64,000 nt of DNA from Fidelibacterota bacterium (lineage in GTDB: Bacteria; Fidelibacterota; SORT01). Shown here in pieces: positions 8,685 through 18,814 of this stretch. The translations under genes and the position numbers were made by a program. The DNA lies in contig JACZYG010000002.1 of NCBI GenBank assembly GCA_022571215.1, positions 54,332 through 118,331 of the forward strand, read 5' to 3'. The first letter of the stretch is position 1. Every line of letters begins with the position of its first letter. Below the pieces are notes generated by a model. The model was not told where the DNA came from, searched no databases, and saw only the letters and a list, made by a program, of their open reading frames with translations.

Positions 8685-10613
8685 ATGGGGTTAACTTTAG
8701 CGGAAAAAATAATTAACGAGCATATTGTTGAGGGAGAGCCGGTCAAAGGCTCGGAGATCGGAATAAAAATTGACCAAACCCTCACTCAGGATGCCACGGG
8801 GACTATGGCATATCTCCAATTTGAGGCGATGGGGCTGGAAAGAGTAAAGACCGAGTTGTCGGTAAGTTATGTAGATCATAATATGCTGCAAACGGATTTT
8901 CGCAACGCCGATGACCACGCATATTTGAAATCTGTTGCCGCAAAATACGGAATATATTTCTCAAAACCGGGTAACGGTATCTGTCATCAGGTACACAGGG
9001 AACGATTCGGAATTCCGGGGAAGACCCTTCTCGGCAGTGACTCGCATACTCCGACAGGTGGCGGACTCGGGATGATTTCAATAGGAGCTGGCGGGCTTGA
9101 CGTGGCGGTGGCAATGGGCGGCGGTCCGTTTTTCCTGAAATATCCCGATATTATAGGCGTAAAACTGACTGGTGAGCTCCAGCCGTTCGTAAACGCCAAA
9201 AATGTCATCTTCAAACTGTTGGAGATTCTCACCGTAAAAGGCGGAGTAGGTAAAGTATTGGAATATTTCGGACCGGGAGTTAAAGCCCTCTCCGCTGGCG
9301 ATAGGTTCGCCATTGCGAACATGGGTACGGAAGTTGGAGCGACAACATCAATCTTCCCGTCGGATGAAAATACGAAACGGTTTCTCGTTGCGCAGGACAG
9401 GGGCGATGTCTGGATAGAGCTTTCCGCGGATGATGGAGCAGAATACGATGAGATAATTGAAATAGACTTGAGCGTGTTGGAACCGTTGGTCGCGGAACCG
9501 GGCAGTCCGGACAACATCGTAGATGTCAAATCTCTTGTAGGAAAGAAAGTTGCGCAAGTGCTGATAGGAACCTGCACAAATTCATCATACGAAGATATGA
9601 TGACAGTGGCGAAAATGCTTGAAGGGAAGAAGATACATCCGGGAGTTGACATGGGAGTCGCGCCCGGTTCAAAACAGGTTTTCCAGATGATAGCGGAGAG
9701 TGGAGGATTGGGCATGATAATCTCATCGGGTTCAAGAATACTCGAATCCGCCTGCGGTTTCTGCATCGGAATGGGTCAGGCTCCGCCGACAGGAGGAATT
9801 TCTCTCCGAACCGGCAACAGGAATTTCCCCGGGAGAAGCGGTACTCAGGGCGATAATATCTATCTCGTGAGTCCTGAAATAGCCGCCGCTTCCGCGTTAG
9901 CGGGTGAGTTCGTTGACCCAACGACAATTGACCAGGTGATAGAGATAGAGCCGCCGACGCAATATACGATTGACGATTCGGGTATCATCCCTCCGATAGA
10001 AGATTCTTCGGGAGTTGAGATATTGCGGGGACCGAATATAAAGGAAGTTCCGGTGAAAGAGCCTCTTACCGACGCTATTAAGAGCGAAGTAATCCTTAAG
10101 GTCGGTGACAATATTACCACCGACCATATTTTGCCGGCAGGCGCGAAAGTTCTTCCGCTTCGGAGTAACATCCCGGCGATCGCGGAATTCGTCTATGTGA
10201 ACGTTGATGACACTTTCGCCTCGCGGGCAAAGGCGGCGGGCAGCGGTATCATAGTCGGAGGGACGAATTATGGTCAGGGTTCCTCCCGTGAGCATGCGGC
10301 TCTCGCTCCGATGTATCTCGGAATCAATGCCGTCATAGTCAACGATTTCGCTCGAATCCACAGAGCTAACCTGATAAATTTCGGAATCCTTCCGCTTCTG
10401 ATGGACGCTTCCGATAACGATAAGATAGAGCAGGGTGACGATCTCGAAATATCCGATATTCTTGCCACACTTGAGTCCGGCAGCGATTTCACGGTTAAGA
10501 ATTTGACCAAAGGGATAGAGTTCAAAGTCAAAAGCGATATGACCGACCTTGAGAAGAATATCCTGCGGGCAGGCGGAAAACTCGCCTATACTCGTTCACA
10601 GAATCAAAATTGA
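8685..10613 (+). CDS. Aconitase family hydratase (aconitate hydratase-like, fused large and swivel domains)
   Basis: 642 aa; aconitase/IPM-isomerase-like N-terminus (LAEKIINEHIVEG...QDATGTMAYLQFEAMGL) and C-terminal swivel domain; near other TCA genes. Confidence 0.8.
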   Translation: MGLTLAEKIINEHIVEGEPVKGSEIGIKIDQTLTQDATGTMAYLQFEAMGLERVKTELSVSYVDHNMLQTDFRNADDHAYLKSVAAKYGIYFSKPGNGICHQVHRERFGIPGKTLLGSDSHTPTGGGLGMISIGAGGLDVAVAMGGGPFFLKYPDIIGVKLTGELQPFVNAKNVIFKLLEILTVKGGVGKVLEYFGPGVKALSAGDRFAIANMGTEVGATTSIFPSDENTKRFLVAQDRGDVWIELSADDGAEYDEIIEIDLSVLEPLVAEPGSPDNIVDVKSLVGKKVAQVLIGTCTNSSYEDMMTVAKMLEGKKIHPGVDMGVAPGSKQVFQMIAESGGLGMIISSGSRILESACGFCIGMGQAPPTGGISLRTGNRNFPGRSGTQGDNIYLVSPEIAAASALAGEFVDPTTIDQVIEIEPPTQYTIDDSGIIPPIEDSSGVEILRGPNIKEVPVKEPLTDAIKSEVILKVGDNITTDHILPAGAKVLPLRSNIPAIAEFVYVNVDDTFASRAKAAGSGIIVGGTNYGQGSSREHAALAPMYLGINAVIVNDFARIHRANLINFGILPLLMDASDNDKIEQGDDLEISDILATLESGSDFTVKNLTKGIEFKVKSDMTDLEKNILRAGGKLAYTRSQNQN

Positions 10614-10625
10614 AAGGCTGATGAA

Positions 10626-11144
10626 ATGGAACTGAGCGGAAAAAAAGTTTTGATACCTATCGGTCCGGATTATCAGGACCTGGAAGTATGGTATCCGAAA
10701 CTTCGATTGACGGAAGCGGGAGCGGATGTCACATGCGCCGGAATCGGCGACAAAACGTATTACGGTAAAAACGGTTATCCTATAGACGTGGACGTTCAGA
10801 TAGAAGAATGCGCGGCGGACGATTTTGACGCGGTTATCATACCGGGCGGATGGGCGCCGGATAAGATCCGTATGAACAAACACGCCGTAGACATCGTCAG
10901 GACTATGTATAAAGAGGGCAAGGTAGTGGCTTCTATATGCCATGCGGGATGGGTGCTCGTTTCTGCGGGCATTCTTGAAGGTAAAAAAGCCACCTCATAT
11001 ATTGCGATAAAAGATGATATGATCGCCGCGGGAGCGGATTGGTCGGACGCCGAGGTAGTCGTTGACGGGAATTTGATAACTTCACGTAAGCCGGATGACC
11101 TTCCCGCGTTTTGCAGAGAGATAATAAGGCAATTGAGCGGTTAG
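10626..11144 (+). CDS. DJ-1/PfpI family protein
   Basis: 172 aa with nucleophile-elbow Cys in ICHAGWVL and the IIPGGWAPD motif. Confidence 0.85.
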   Translation: MELSGKKVLIPIGPDYQDLEVWYPKLRLTEAGADVTCAGIGDKTYYGKNGYPIDVDVQIEECAADDFDAVIIPGGWAPDKIRMNKHAVDIVRTMYKEGKVVASICHAGWVLVSAGILEGKKATSYIAIKDDMIAAGADWSDAEVVVDGNLITSRKPDDLPAFCREIIRQLSG

Positions 11145-11164
11145 CTGTTGTGAACAGAGAGAGG

Positions 11165-12568
11165 ATGATGAAAACTCGAATTGAAAAAGATTCTATGGGT
11201 GAAATGAGAGTACCCGAAAATTCTTATTACGGAGCGCAAACTCAGCGCGCGGTGGAGAATTTTCCTATCAGCGGAATAGGTTTTTCACGGCGGTTCATTC
11301 AAGCGCTCGGAATGCTGAAAAGAGCGGCGGCGAAAGTAAACGGCGAACTCGGATTGCTCGATGCCGACAGGAAAAAGGCTATCGTCAAGGCGGCGACCGA
11401 AGTAGTTGACGGAAAGTTTGACGATCAGTTCGTTATTGACATCTTTCAGACCGGTTCAGGCACCTCGACCAATATGAACGCGAACGAAGTGATAGGAAAC
11501 AGGGCGAGCGAACTAATGGGCGGCGCTCTCGGTTCGAGGGAGCCTGTGCACCCGAACGACCATGTGAATATGTGCCAGTCATCGAACGATGTGATCCCGT
11601 CCGCTATTCATCTCGCCGCGTATACAGCTATTTATGAGGACTTGATTCCCGCGCTCGAACAACTCGAAAAGTCGTTCGCGAACAAAGCGAAGAAATTCGA
11701 TAAGATACTGAAAATAGGCAGAACCCATCTTCAGGACGCGACTCCCGTACGGCTCGGGCAGGAGTTCGGCGGTTACGCCTCTCAGGTGAGTCACGCCATA
11801 AACCGAATCAAGAACGCCTCTAACGATTTGCTTGAGCTCGCTATCGGCGGCACTGCCGTCGGCACGGGCATTAACGCTCATCCCGATTTCGGCAGAAAAG
11901 TGGCGATGAAGATCTCCCTCGACACAGGCGCGAAATTCATCGAAGCGAAAAACCATTTTGAAGCGCAAGGCTCGAAAGACGCTGTCGTCAATATCTCAGG
12001 AGTTCTTAAGTCAACCGCCGTAGGCATCTCGAAAGCGGCGAACGATATCAGGCTCATGGGAGCGGGACCGCGAACAAGCATAGGCGAAATCAATCTGCCG
12101 GCGGTAGCGCCCGGCTCATCCATTATGCCGGGAAAGGTGAATCCCGTGATGGTGGAGATGGTGATGCAGGTGACCGCTCAGATCATAGGCAACGATGCGA
12201 CGATCACGAACGCGGGGCAGGGCGGACTTCTCGAACTCAACGTCATGATGCCGGTGATGGCTCATAATCTGCTGCAATCGGTTGAGTTGCTTTCTACCGC
12301 GTCGGCGACATTCGCGACCAGATGCGTGGACGGAATTGAGGTCAACAAGGAACGCGCGGCTGAACTCGTGGAGCAGAGCCTCGCTAACGCGACACCTCTT
12401 GCGCCTCTGATCGGCTACGACAAAGCGGCTAAGATCAGCAAAGAGGCGTTCAAAAAGGGTAAGACTATCCGTCAGATACTGAAGAGCAAAAAAATCCTTT
12501 CCGACGACAAGATAAACAAAGTTTTAAATCTAATGAAACTCACAAAACCGGGTATCAGTAAGAGGTGA
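11165..12568 (+). CDS. Fumarase C / aspartate ammonia-lyase family lyase (class II fumarate hydratase or aspartase)
   Basis: GSSIMPGKVNP signature, NMCQSSND, GRTHLQDATP. The following NPVMVEMV residues look more aspartase-like, so the assignment is ambiguous. Start moved to the ATG at 11165 (MMKTRIEKDSMGE) preceded by a GAGAGG Shine-Dalgarno; the longer ORF from 11111 overlaps the PfpI gene. Confidence 0.85.
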   Translation: MMKTRIEKDSMGEMRVPENSYYGAQTQRAVENFPISGIGFSRRFIQALGMLKRAAAKVNGELGLLDADRKKAIVKAATEVVDGKFDDQFVIDIFQTGSGTSTNMNANEVIGNRASELMGGALGSREPVHPNDHVNMCQSSNDVIPSAIHLAAYTAIYEDLIPALEQLEKSFANKAKKFDKILKIGRTHLQDATPVRLGQEFGGYASQVSHAINRIKNASNDLLELAIGGTAVGTGINAHPDFGRKVAMKISLDTGAKFIEAKNHFEAQGSKDAVVNISGVLKSTAVGISKAANDIRLMGAGPRTSIGEINLPAVAPGSSIMPGKVNPVMVEMVMQVTAQIIGNDATITNAGQGGLLELNVMMPVMAHNLLQSVELLSTASATFATRCVDGIEVNKERAAELVEQSLANATPLAPLIGYDKAAKISKEAFKKGKTIRQILKSKKILSDDKINKVLNLMKLTKPGISKR

Positions 12569-12628
12569 CTGTAGTTAGGATTAAGGCTTATCCTGACTGC
12601 CACAGTAACTGGATTTAGGGATGATTAA

Positions 12629-13336
12629 ATGAATATTATTTCAAAGAAAAGACTCTCAGCTTATTCTATATTAATGATAATACTCTTAGTAATTATAGGT
12701 ATCGCAATAGTAGGATTATGGGTGATGGGGTCGAGGGCTGAAAGCATTGTTGTTGGTTCGGTAGGACTGTATTTTTGGGCTATTAAATTCATTATGAGTG
12801 AGCATTTCAAGAAGATTGACCGAAAAGTTGTTCGGCAACACCAAATACTTCTTCAGGGCATCAAAGCTGGCTACGATTTCAAACAAACGGTTATGCAAAA
12901 TATGTATACAATCACTAATGAACTTTGGAAACGTTCAATTTGGATTGCAATGAACTGGAATAGCCTCTGGCCTGGAATGGATGGTGATTTAGAATTACGG
13001 AAGGAGTTCGACGCCAATTTTGAAGAGTATTACAAATTTAGGAGCAGCAATTCGATCAATATTCCTTCACACATTTTTACAGCTGCAGGTAAACTAATTG
13101 AAGGGATCGACACATATAAAAACGGTAGGATGGTCAAAAGCGATAAATCTTTTGATGCAGAAACGCGGAGAGAAGGTCATAAGAATATGTCTAGTGGTAC
13201 CCGATTAATCAAATCTTCCATGAAAGACTTATTTCGTGCAATCCGCGAGGAATTTGGTTTAGAACGGTTGCCCGGCGATGTGCTCAATATTCCAGTTCCA
13301 GAAGAGTCTCAAAGTAAGACTGAAGATCCAGAATAA
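12629..13336 (+). CDS. Hypothetical protein with two N-terminal transmembrane helices and a ~170 aa soluble domain of unknown family
   Basis: 235 aa; hydrophobic segments AYSILMIILLVIIGIAIVGLWVMG and IVVGSVGLYFWAIKFIM; the rest matches no family I recognise; AT-rich codon usage. Confidence 0.55.
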   Translation: MNIISKKRLSAYSILMIILLVIIGIAIVGLWVMGSRAESIVVGSVGLYFWAIKFIMSEHFKKIDRKVVRQHQILLQGIKAGYDFKQTVMQNMYTITNELWKRSIWIAMNWNSLWPGMDGDLELRKEFDANFEEYYKFRSSNSINIPSHIFTAAGKLIEGIDTYKNGRMVKSDKSFDAETRREGHKNMSSGTRLIKSSMKDLFRAIREEFGLERLPGDVLNIPVPEESQSKTEDPE

Positions 13337-13381
13337 ACCAATTCCTAAGATGGGTTTTGTTCAAAAATAACGAGGAGAGAT

Positions 13382-14221
13382 ATGTTGTATCATATTAGAA
13401 TATCTCAAAAATCAAATAAGAAAAGAGGCGAAGTGAAGGTTGATTTAACAGAAGAGCAGCTTAAAGATCGTTATGTAAAGCTCTATGAAGAAGGTATGCC
13501 TTTATTTATCAACGGTAAAACTATTCCAATTGATGATATTGAGAGAATCGAGATTAGCAGAAGTGACTTAGCGTCTAAGGATCTCATCAACCATATTAAA
13601 GCTGAAGATGCTCAAAGTAGTTTTGTGTTTTTAGGCGGACCATCGTATGAATGGAGTGCAGCCGATAGAGCTGAAGATGTAACTGAAGAATACATTACAG
13701 GACCTCCCGGATCTAAAAGAATTACTAATCCAACTGAAGAGATTATCCAAACATCAATGCTAAAATCAGAAAAAAAGGTGTTTGTTGTTCATGGACATGA
13801 TCAGGAATTAAAGAATGATGTTGAAGTATTTCTGAAAAACATTGGACTCGAACCAATTGTATTGCACAGAGAGGTCGATGAAGGATTAACCCTTATAGAA
13901 AAATTTGAGCGCCACTCCGATGTAGGATATGCGTTGATTTTAATAACACCGGATGATGAAGCGTTCCCAAAAAGTGAATTAAAAAAATCTGAGAACAAAC
14001 TTAAAATTGAATTACGAGCAAGACAAAATGTGATTTTTGAATGGGGTTACTTCGTTGGAAAGATTGGTCGTTCAAACGTATGTTGTGTGTATAAAGAGGG
14101 TGTTACACTTCCATCAGATATGGCAGGATTAGTTTATAAAAAAGTAACTAAGACTATTGAAGAGATCGGTTATGAATTAATTAAAGAATTAAACAACGCT
14201 GGATTCAAGTTAGAGATTTAA
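13382..14221 (+). CDS. Protein with C-terminal TIR-like Rossmannoid domain (COG4271/PF10137-type) and N-terminal domain of unknown function
   Basis: 279 aa; C-terminal region has KKVFVVHGHD, ALILITPDDEAF and RARQNVIFEWGYFVGKIGRSNVCCV, matching the pattern I recall for the bacterial TIR-like domain found in defence effectors. GGAG-type Shine-Dalgarno 45 bp after the upstream gene; AT-rich. Confidence 0.6.
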   Translation: MLYHIRISQKSNKKRGEVKVDLTEEQLKDRYVKLYEEGMPLFINGKTIPIDDIERIEISRSDLASKDLINHIKAEDAQSSFVFLGGPSYEWSAADRAEDVTEEYITGPPGSKRITNPTEEIIQTSMLKSEKKVFVVHGHDQELKNDVEVFLKNIGLEPIVLHREVDEGLTLIEKFERHSDVGYALILITPDDEAFPKSELKKSENKLKIELRARQNVIFEWGYFVGKIGRSNVCCVYKEGVTLPSDMAGLVYKKVTKTIEEIGYELIKELNNAGFKLEI

Positions 14222-14485
14222 CTGCGATTTTATAATTATTTGTTACTATTGATTTTGTGCATACAAAAAAATATGATTTCTTGATGTAGTAGCAACCGAT
14301 TATCTTATTTTAATACTTTGACTTTCTCTCCTAAATCGAATTGCAAATACCCATATCACAACTCCATAAACAGAAATTCCCATAATTTCCCTTGCCAATT
14401 AGATGGAGCCTAAGTATATTCAATTAAGACAAAAGTTGTCGTAATTAGATAAGTCAGATAATAACACTGACTTAAATGAACTGTA

Positions 14486-14893
14486 TTGATTGGAAAATTG
14501 ACAGAAATTGAGCGTCTGGAACTGATAAAAGGACTTGAAGAACACAACACGGGCAAGTACTTTGCCTGTCACGAGACATTGGAAGATATTTGGATGGATA
14601 AAGGGGGAGATTTGAGGCGATTCCTACAGGGATTGATACATGTGGCGGTCGGTTTCTATCATCTGAGAGATTCAAACTACGTCGGCGCGTACCGTCAACT
14701 CGAAAAGGCTAATCGGAAGCTATCGGATTATGCCACTGTCGAGGTCGGTATAAACCTTCCCAAGTTGCTGGAATCAATAAAAGTCTGGTTGGAGAATTTG
14801 CGGTTTCTTCTTGACAATCCCGACTCCGACAAGGACTTCGGCATCTTCCCAAAATTTGATTATAACGCTGAAAAGATCTTAGCGCTGACATAA
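14486..14893 (+). CDS. DUF309 domain protein
   Basis: 135 aa; CHETLEDIW...LQGLIHVAVGFYHL matches the DUF309 signature; precedes the suf operon. Confidence 0.65.
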   Translation: MIGKLTEIERLELIKGLEEHNTGKYFACHETLEDIWMDKGGDLRRFLQGLIHVAVGFYHLRDSNYVGAYRQLEKANRKLSDYATVEVGINLPKLLESIKVWLENLRFLLDNPDSDKDFGIFPKFDYNAEKILALT

Positions 14894-14927
14894 ACTATTG
14901 GACAGAAGAAAGGAATAAAACGATATA

Positions 14928-15722
14928 ATGACAACTGAAAACGGTCTCTTAACAATCAAGGACCTTAAAGTAAAAATAAACGACAAAGAGATACTCAAGG
15001 GAGTAAATCTGAAGATCGGTCCGGGTGAGGTTCACGCGATAATGGGACCGAACGGGACCGGAAAGAGCACATTGGCATACGCGTTAGCGGGAAAAGCGAG
15101 TTATGAGGTGACGAGCGGCAGCGTGACAATGGAGGGAGAGAACGTTCTCGATATGTCGCCTGACGAGCGGGCGAGAAAGGGGATGTTTCTTGCGTTTCAA
15201 TACCCTTCAGAAGTTCCGGGCGTGACCGTTGATAATTTTTTACGGGTAGCATATAACACGGTTAAAAAGAAAGAGTTGAGCATTTGGGAGTTCCGCAATC
15301 TGCTCAAGGAAAAGATGGAGTTTCTGAAGATCGACGAATCATTTTCCGGCAGATACCTCAATGAGGGATTTTCGGGCGGTGAGAAGAAGCGTAACGAGAT
15401 ACTGCAAATGGCGGTATTGACGCCGAAACTGGCAATTCTCGACGAGACAGATTCGGGTCTCGATATTGACGCGCTTCAAATTGTAGCGAAAGGAGTGAAC
15501 GAACTCCTCCCTGAAGACTCGTCCGTTCTGGTTATCACTCACTATCAGCGGATATTGCGCTACATAAAACCTGATTTTGTTCATGTTATGATAAACGGAA
15601 AAATTGTTGAAACCGGCGGAGGAGAACTCGCCGAAAAATTAGAGGAACAAGGCTACGATTGGCTGAAAGAGAAGTACGGCGAATCGGGAAAGGACAATAA
15701 TAATGTCACTGCCAACAACTGA
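14928..15722 (+). CDS. sufC: Fe-S cluster assembly ATPase SufC
   Basis: 264 aa ABC ATPase with Walker [10 protein letters not shown], the ABC signature and the SufC-type C-terminus. Confidence 0.95.
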   Translation: MTTENGLLTIKDLKVKINDKEILKGVNLKIGPGEVHAIMGPNGTGKSTLAYALAGKASYEVTSGSVTMEGENVLDMSPDERARKGMFLAFQYPSEVPGVTVDNFLRVAYNTVKKKELSIWEFRNLLKEKMEFLKIDESFSGRYLNEGFSGGEKKRNEILQMAVLTPKLAILDETDSGLDIDALQIVAKGVNELLPEDSSVLVITHYQRILRYIKPDFVHVMINGKIVETGGGELAEKLEEQGYDWLKEKYGESGKDNNNVTANN

Positions 15723-17106
15723 TATAGGAACAGAAGAATATAAATACGGATTTTCTGACGACGTCAAACCGGAGATAAAGTTCGAAAAAGGTCTGTCACG
15801 GCAAACCGTTGAAGATATATCCAACATAAAGAACGAACCGGGATGGATGACAGAGACCCGTCTCAAGGCATATGAAATATTTTTGGAAAAGCCGATGCCC
15901 GAATGGGGCGCCGACCTTTCCGATATAGATTTCGATGATATTATCTATTTCGTCCGCGCGTCGGACAGGAAGATGACAAATTGGGATGATGTGCCTGCTG
16001 AGATCAAAGAGACTTTCGAAAAGCTCGGCATACCTGAATCCGAACGGAAGTTCCTCGCGGGAGCGGAAGCTCAGTATGACAGCGAATCCGTATACGGCGC
16101 TCTTCAGGGCGAATGGGAAAAGCAGGGCGTTATCTTTGTTGACACGGATACCGCATTGAGGGAGCATGAGAAGCTCCTGAGAAAATATTTCGGATCGGTC
16201 GTTCCGGCCACCGACAATAAACTTGCGGCTCTCAATACCGCTGTCTGGAGCGGCGGAAGTTTCCTTTATATACCTAAAGGCGTTCGGGTCGGCTTGCCGT
16301 TGCAGGCGTATTTCCGTATCAATACCCAAAATATGGGTCAGTTTGAACGCACGATGATAATCGCCGATGAAGGTTCTAACGTTCAATATATTGAAGGTTG
16401 CACCGCTCCGACATATACGACCAATTCACTGCATTCAGCGGTCGTGGAGATCATCTGCAAGAAGGATTCACGCGTAAGGTACACCACGCTGCAAAACTGG
16501 TCAGGCAATGTTTACAATCTCGTGACCAAACGCGCTCAAGCATACGAGAACGCTACAATGGAATGGATAGACGCGAATCTCGGAAGTAAAGTAACGATGA
16601 AATATCCTTCGGTTTACCTGATGGAACGCGGCGCCAAGGCGGATGTAATTTCTATCGCATTCGCGAACACCGGTCAGCACCAGGATGTCGGCTCAAAGGT
16701 CGTGCATCTGGCTCCTTATACCACTTCGAAGATCCTTTCCAAATCTATCAGCAAGGGGAAGGGCAGGTCAACATATCGCGGACTTGTGAAGATACATGAA
16801 GGTATGGAAGGATGCAAAAGCAACGTCAATTGTGACGCTTTGCTGCTCGATGAGGCGTCCGCAACCGATACTTATCCGTACATCGAGATAGAAGACCCTA
16901 CCGCCGCGATAGAGCATGAAGCTACGGTTTCGAAGCTCTCCGATGAGCAGATATTCTATCTTCAGCAGAGAGGCGTTCCCGAGGATGAAGCGCGGAATAT
17001 GATAATAAACGGTTTTATAGAGCCGTTTACAAAATTACTGCCGCTGGAGTATGCGGTTGAGATGAACAGGCTCATCGAACTTCAAATGGAAGGTTCGGTA
17101 GGATAA
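15703..17106 (+). CDS. sufB: Fe-S cluster assembly protein SufB
   Basis: 467 aa; conserved SufB core ([33 protein letters not shown]). Confidence 0.95.
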   Translation: MSLPTTDIGTEEYKYGFSDDVKPEIKFEKGLSRQTVEDISNIKNEPGWMTETRLKAYEIFLEKPMPEWGADLSDIDFDDIIYFVRASDRKMTNWDDVPAEIKETFEKLGIPESERKFLAGAEAQYDSESVYGALQGEWEKQGVIFVDTDTALREHEKLLRKYFGSVVPATDNKLAALNTAVWSGGSFLYIPKGVRVGLPLQAYFRINTQNMGQFERTMIIADEGSNVQYIEGCTAPTYTTNSLHSAVVEIICKKDSRVRYTTLQNWSGNVYNLVTKRAQAYENATMEWIDANLGSKVTMKYPSVYLMERGAKADVISIAFANTGQHQDVGSKVVHLAPYTTSKILSKSISKGKGRSTYRGLVKIHEGMEGCKSNVNCDALLLDEASATDTYPYIEIEDPTAAIEHEATVSKLSDEQIFYLQQRGVPEDEARNMIINGFIEPFTKLLPLEYAVEMNRLIELQMEGSVG

Positions 17107-17143
17107 CAACTTAATTTAGATAGTAGTTTTAAAGGAAAAATAG

Positions 17144-18496
17144 ATGACGGAACTGTTGGGATTCGGGCGGGAAGATGTTGATCGTATTTCAAACGACTCG
17201 GAAAGCCCGGATTGGATAAAAGAAAAACGCGCAACGGCATGGCAAGCTTACGAAAATCTGCCGATGCCAACTCTGCGTGATGAGATGTGGAAATATACCG
17301 ATCTGTCTACTCTGAATATCAAGAACACCAGAACGACCGAGGCGTCAAAATATTCAGCGGTAGAAAAATTTGAATCGTTTCCCGAGGAAGCGGTCAAACT
17401 GCTTTCGGATGAAGCAGTTCAACTTGAAGAAAACGGCGGAATGTGCAAACCCGGTTTGCTAATTCAACATGATTCGCAGGTTACCTTCACCGATGTGGAG
17501 AAGGAGTTGACGGCGAAGGGAGTGATTTTTTGCAGTATGTCGGATGCGGTACGCAACCATACTGATTTAGTGCGGAAACACTTCATGGAGAAGGTCGTTC
17601 CTGTCGGCGAAGACAAATTCAGCTCGCTTAACGCCGCGTTATGGAATGGCGGTATATTCCTCTATGTCCCGAAAGGAATAGAGATCAAAATGCCGTTCAA
17701 GTCGTATATACTGATGACAGACGGCGGCAAAGCCTTGTTTCATCATTCTCTGATAGTGCTCGAAGAAGGCGCTCACGTGACATATATAGAACAGTGCAGG
17801 TCTGAGGATTATGCCACGGATTCGTTGAACTCCTCCGTCGCTGAAGTCGTTGTAAAAGAGGGCGCCTCGCTCGATTATATAACGCTGCAGAATTGGGGTA
17901 ACAATGTTGTGGATATTTCCACACGGAAAGCGGTTGTTGAGAGAGACGCTTCGCTGAATTGGATGGTCGGCACGCTTGGCGGGAAAGTCACACGGAGCGC
18001 TTATGAGACAAGATTAATAGGGCAGGGTTCATCAACGAAAACGAGAGGTTTTTTCCTCGCAAGCGACAGGCAGCATCATGATTTTTGGGGACTTCTAAGC
18101 CACGAGGCTCCTAATACTACAGCAGACCTCCTTTACAAGGGCGTACTTACCGGGAAATCACGCTCCGTGTTCAGAGGTTTGATAAAGATTTCGGAAGTGG
18201 CGCAGCTTACAGATTCGTATCTTACCAACAACAACATTCTGCTAAGTGACGAAGCAAGAGCGGACTCCGTTCCCACATTAGAAATAAACGCGAATGATGT
18301 TAAAGCAAGCCACGGAGCAACGGTGGGGAATCTTGATAAGGAAGAGATTTTCTACTTGATGAGCCGGGGGTTGACTAAGTCATCAGCCGAAAAATTAATC
18401 ATATACGGATTTTTTCGCCCCGTATTGAAATCCATTGATTCTGAGATTCTCAGAGAGCATATTTATGGATTCATTGATAAAAAATTAGGAGCGTAA
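17144..18496 (+). CDS. sufD: Fe-S cluster assembly protein SufD
   Basis: 450 aa SufB/SufD family paralogue following sufB. Confidence 0.9.
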   Translation: MTELLGFGREDVDRISNDSESPDWIKEKRATAWQAYENLPMPTLRDEMWKYTDLSTLNIKNTRTTEASKYSAVEKFESFPEEAVKLLSDEAVQLEENGGMCKPGLLIQHDSQVTFTDVEKELTAKGVIFCSMSDAVRNHTDLVRKHFMEKVVPVGEDKFSSLNAALWNGGIFLYVPKGIEIKMPFKSYILMTDGGKALFHHSLIVLEEGAHVTYIEQCRSEDYATDSLNSSVAEVVVKEGASLDYITLQNWGNNVVDISTRKAVVERDASLNWMVGTLGGKVTRSAYETRLIGQGSSTKTRGFFLASDRQHHDFWGLLSHEAPNTTADLLYKGVLTGKSRSVFRGLIKISEVAQLTDSYLTNNNILLSDEARADSVPTLEINANDVKASHGATVGNLDKEEIFYLMSRGLTKSSAEKLIIYGFFRPVLKSIDSEILREHIYGFIDKKLGA

Positions 18497-18811
18497 ATGC
18501 CTCGTGAATCGATTGGGGGAACCAACGAAATAGAACCGGGAACCGCCCGTTCTTATCTTATCGGCGGGGAGCGGATTGCTGTCTGCAACGTAAACGGCTC
18601 ATTCCATGCGATAAGCGATGTTTGCACTCATGACGGAGCGCCCTTAGACCAGGGAGTGCTTGAAGGTTCAATAATTACCTGTCCGAGGCATGGAGCAAAA
18701 TTCGATGTGGTCACCGGCGAGGCAGTTCAAATGCCTGCGGTAATTCCCGTAAAAACTTATCCCGTTGAAGTCGAAGACGACAATCTGTTTTTGAATATAG
18801 ATGAGAAATGA
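18497..18811 (+). CDS. Rieske (2Fe-2S) domain protein
   Basis: 104 aa with CTHDGAPL...CPRHGAKFD (CxH...CxxH) Rieske motifs; embedded between sufD and sufS. Confidence 0.8.
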   Translation: MPRESIGGTNEIEPGTARSYLIGGERIAVCNVNGSFHAISDVCTHDGAPLDQGVLEGSIITCPRHGAKFDVVTGEAVQMPAVIPVKTYPVEVEDDNLFLNIDEK

Positions 18812-18814
18812 CAG

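Noticed and set aside
8697-10531. Multiple minus-strand ORFs (73-259 aa) inside the aconitase gene
   Set aside because: They lie antisense to a strongly conserved aconitase-family coding frame; their Pro/Ser/Arg-rich translations are typical antisense artefacts of a GC-rich coding strand and show no recognisable motifs.
12569-12606. Imperfect hairpin after the fumarase-family gene as an intrinsic terminator
   Set aside because: The stem is short and imperfect (AGGAT/ATCCT core) and is not followed by a U-tract; insufficient to call.
12629-14221. Assigning the islet pair to a named system (type II Thoeris, CBASS or Pycsar)
   Set aside because: The 2-TM protein lacks the Gly-rich Macro signature expected of type II ThsA, there is no nucleotide cyclase gene, and the TIR-like domain is of the COG4271 type rather than the ThsB-type TIR; no named system fits from sequence alone.
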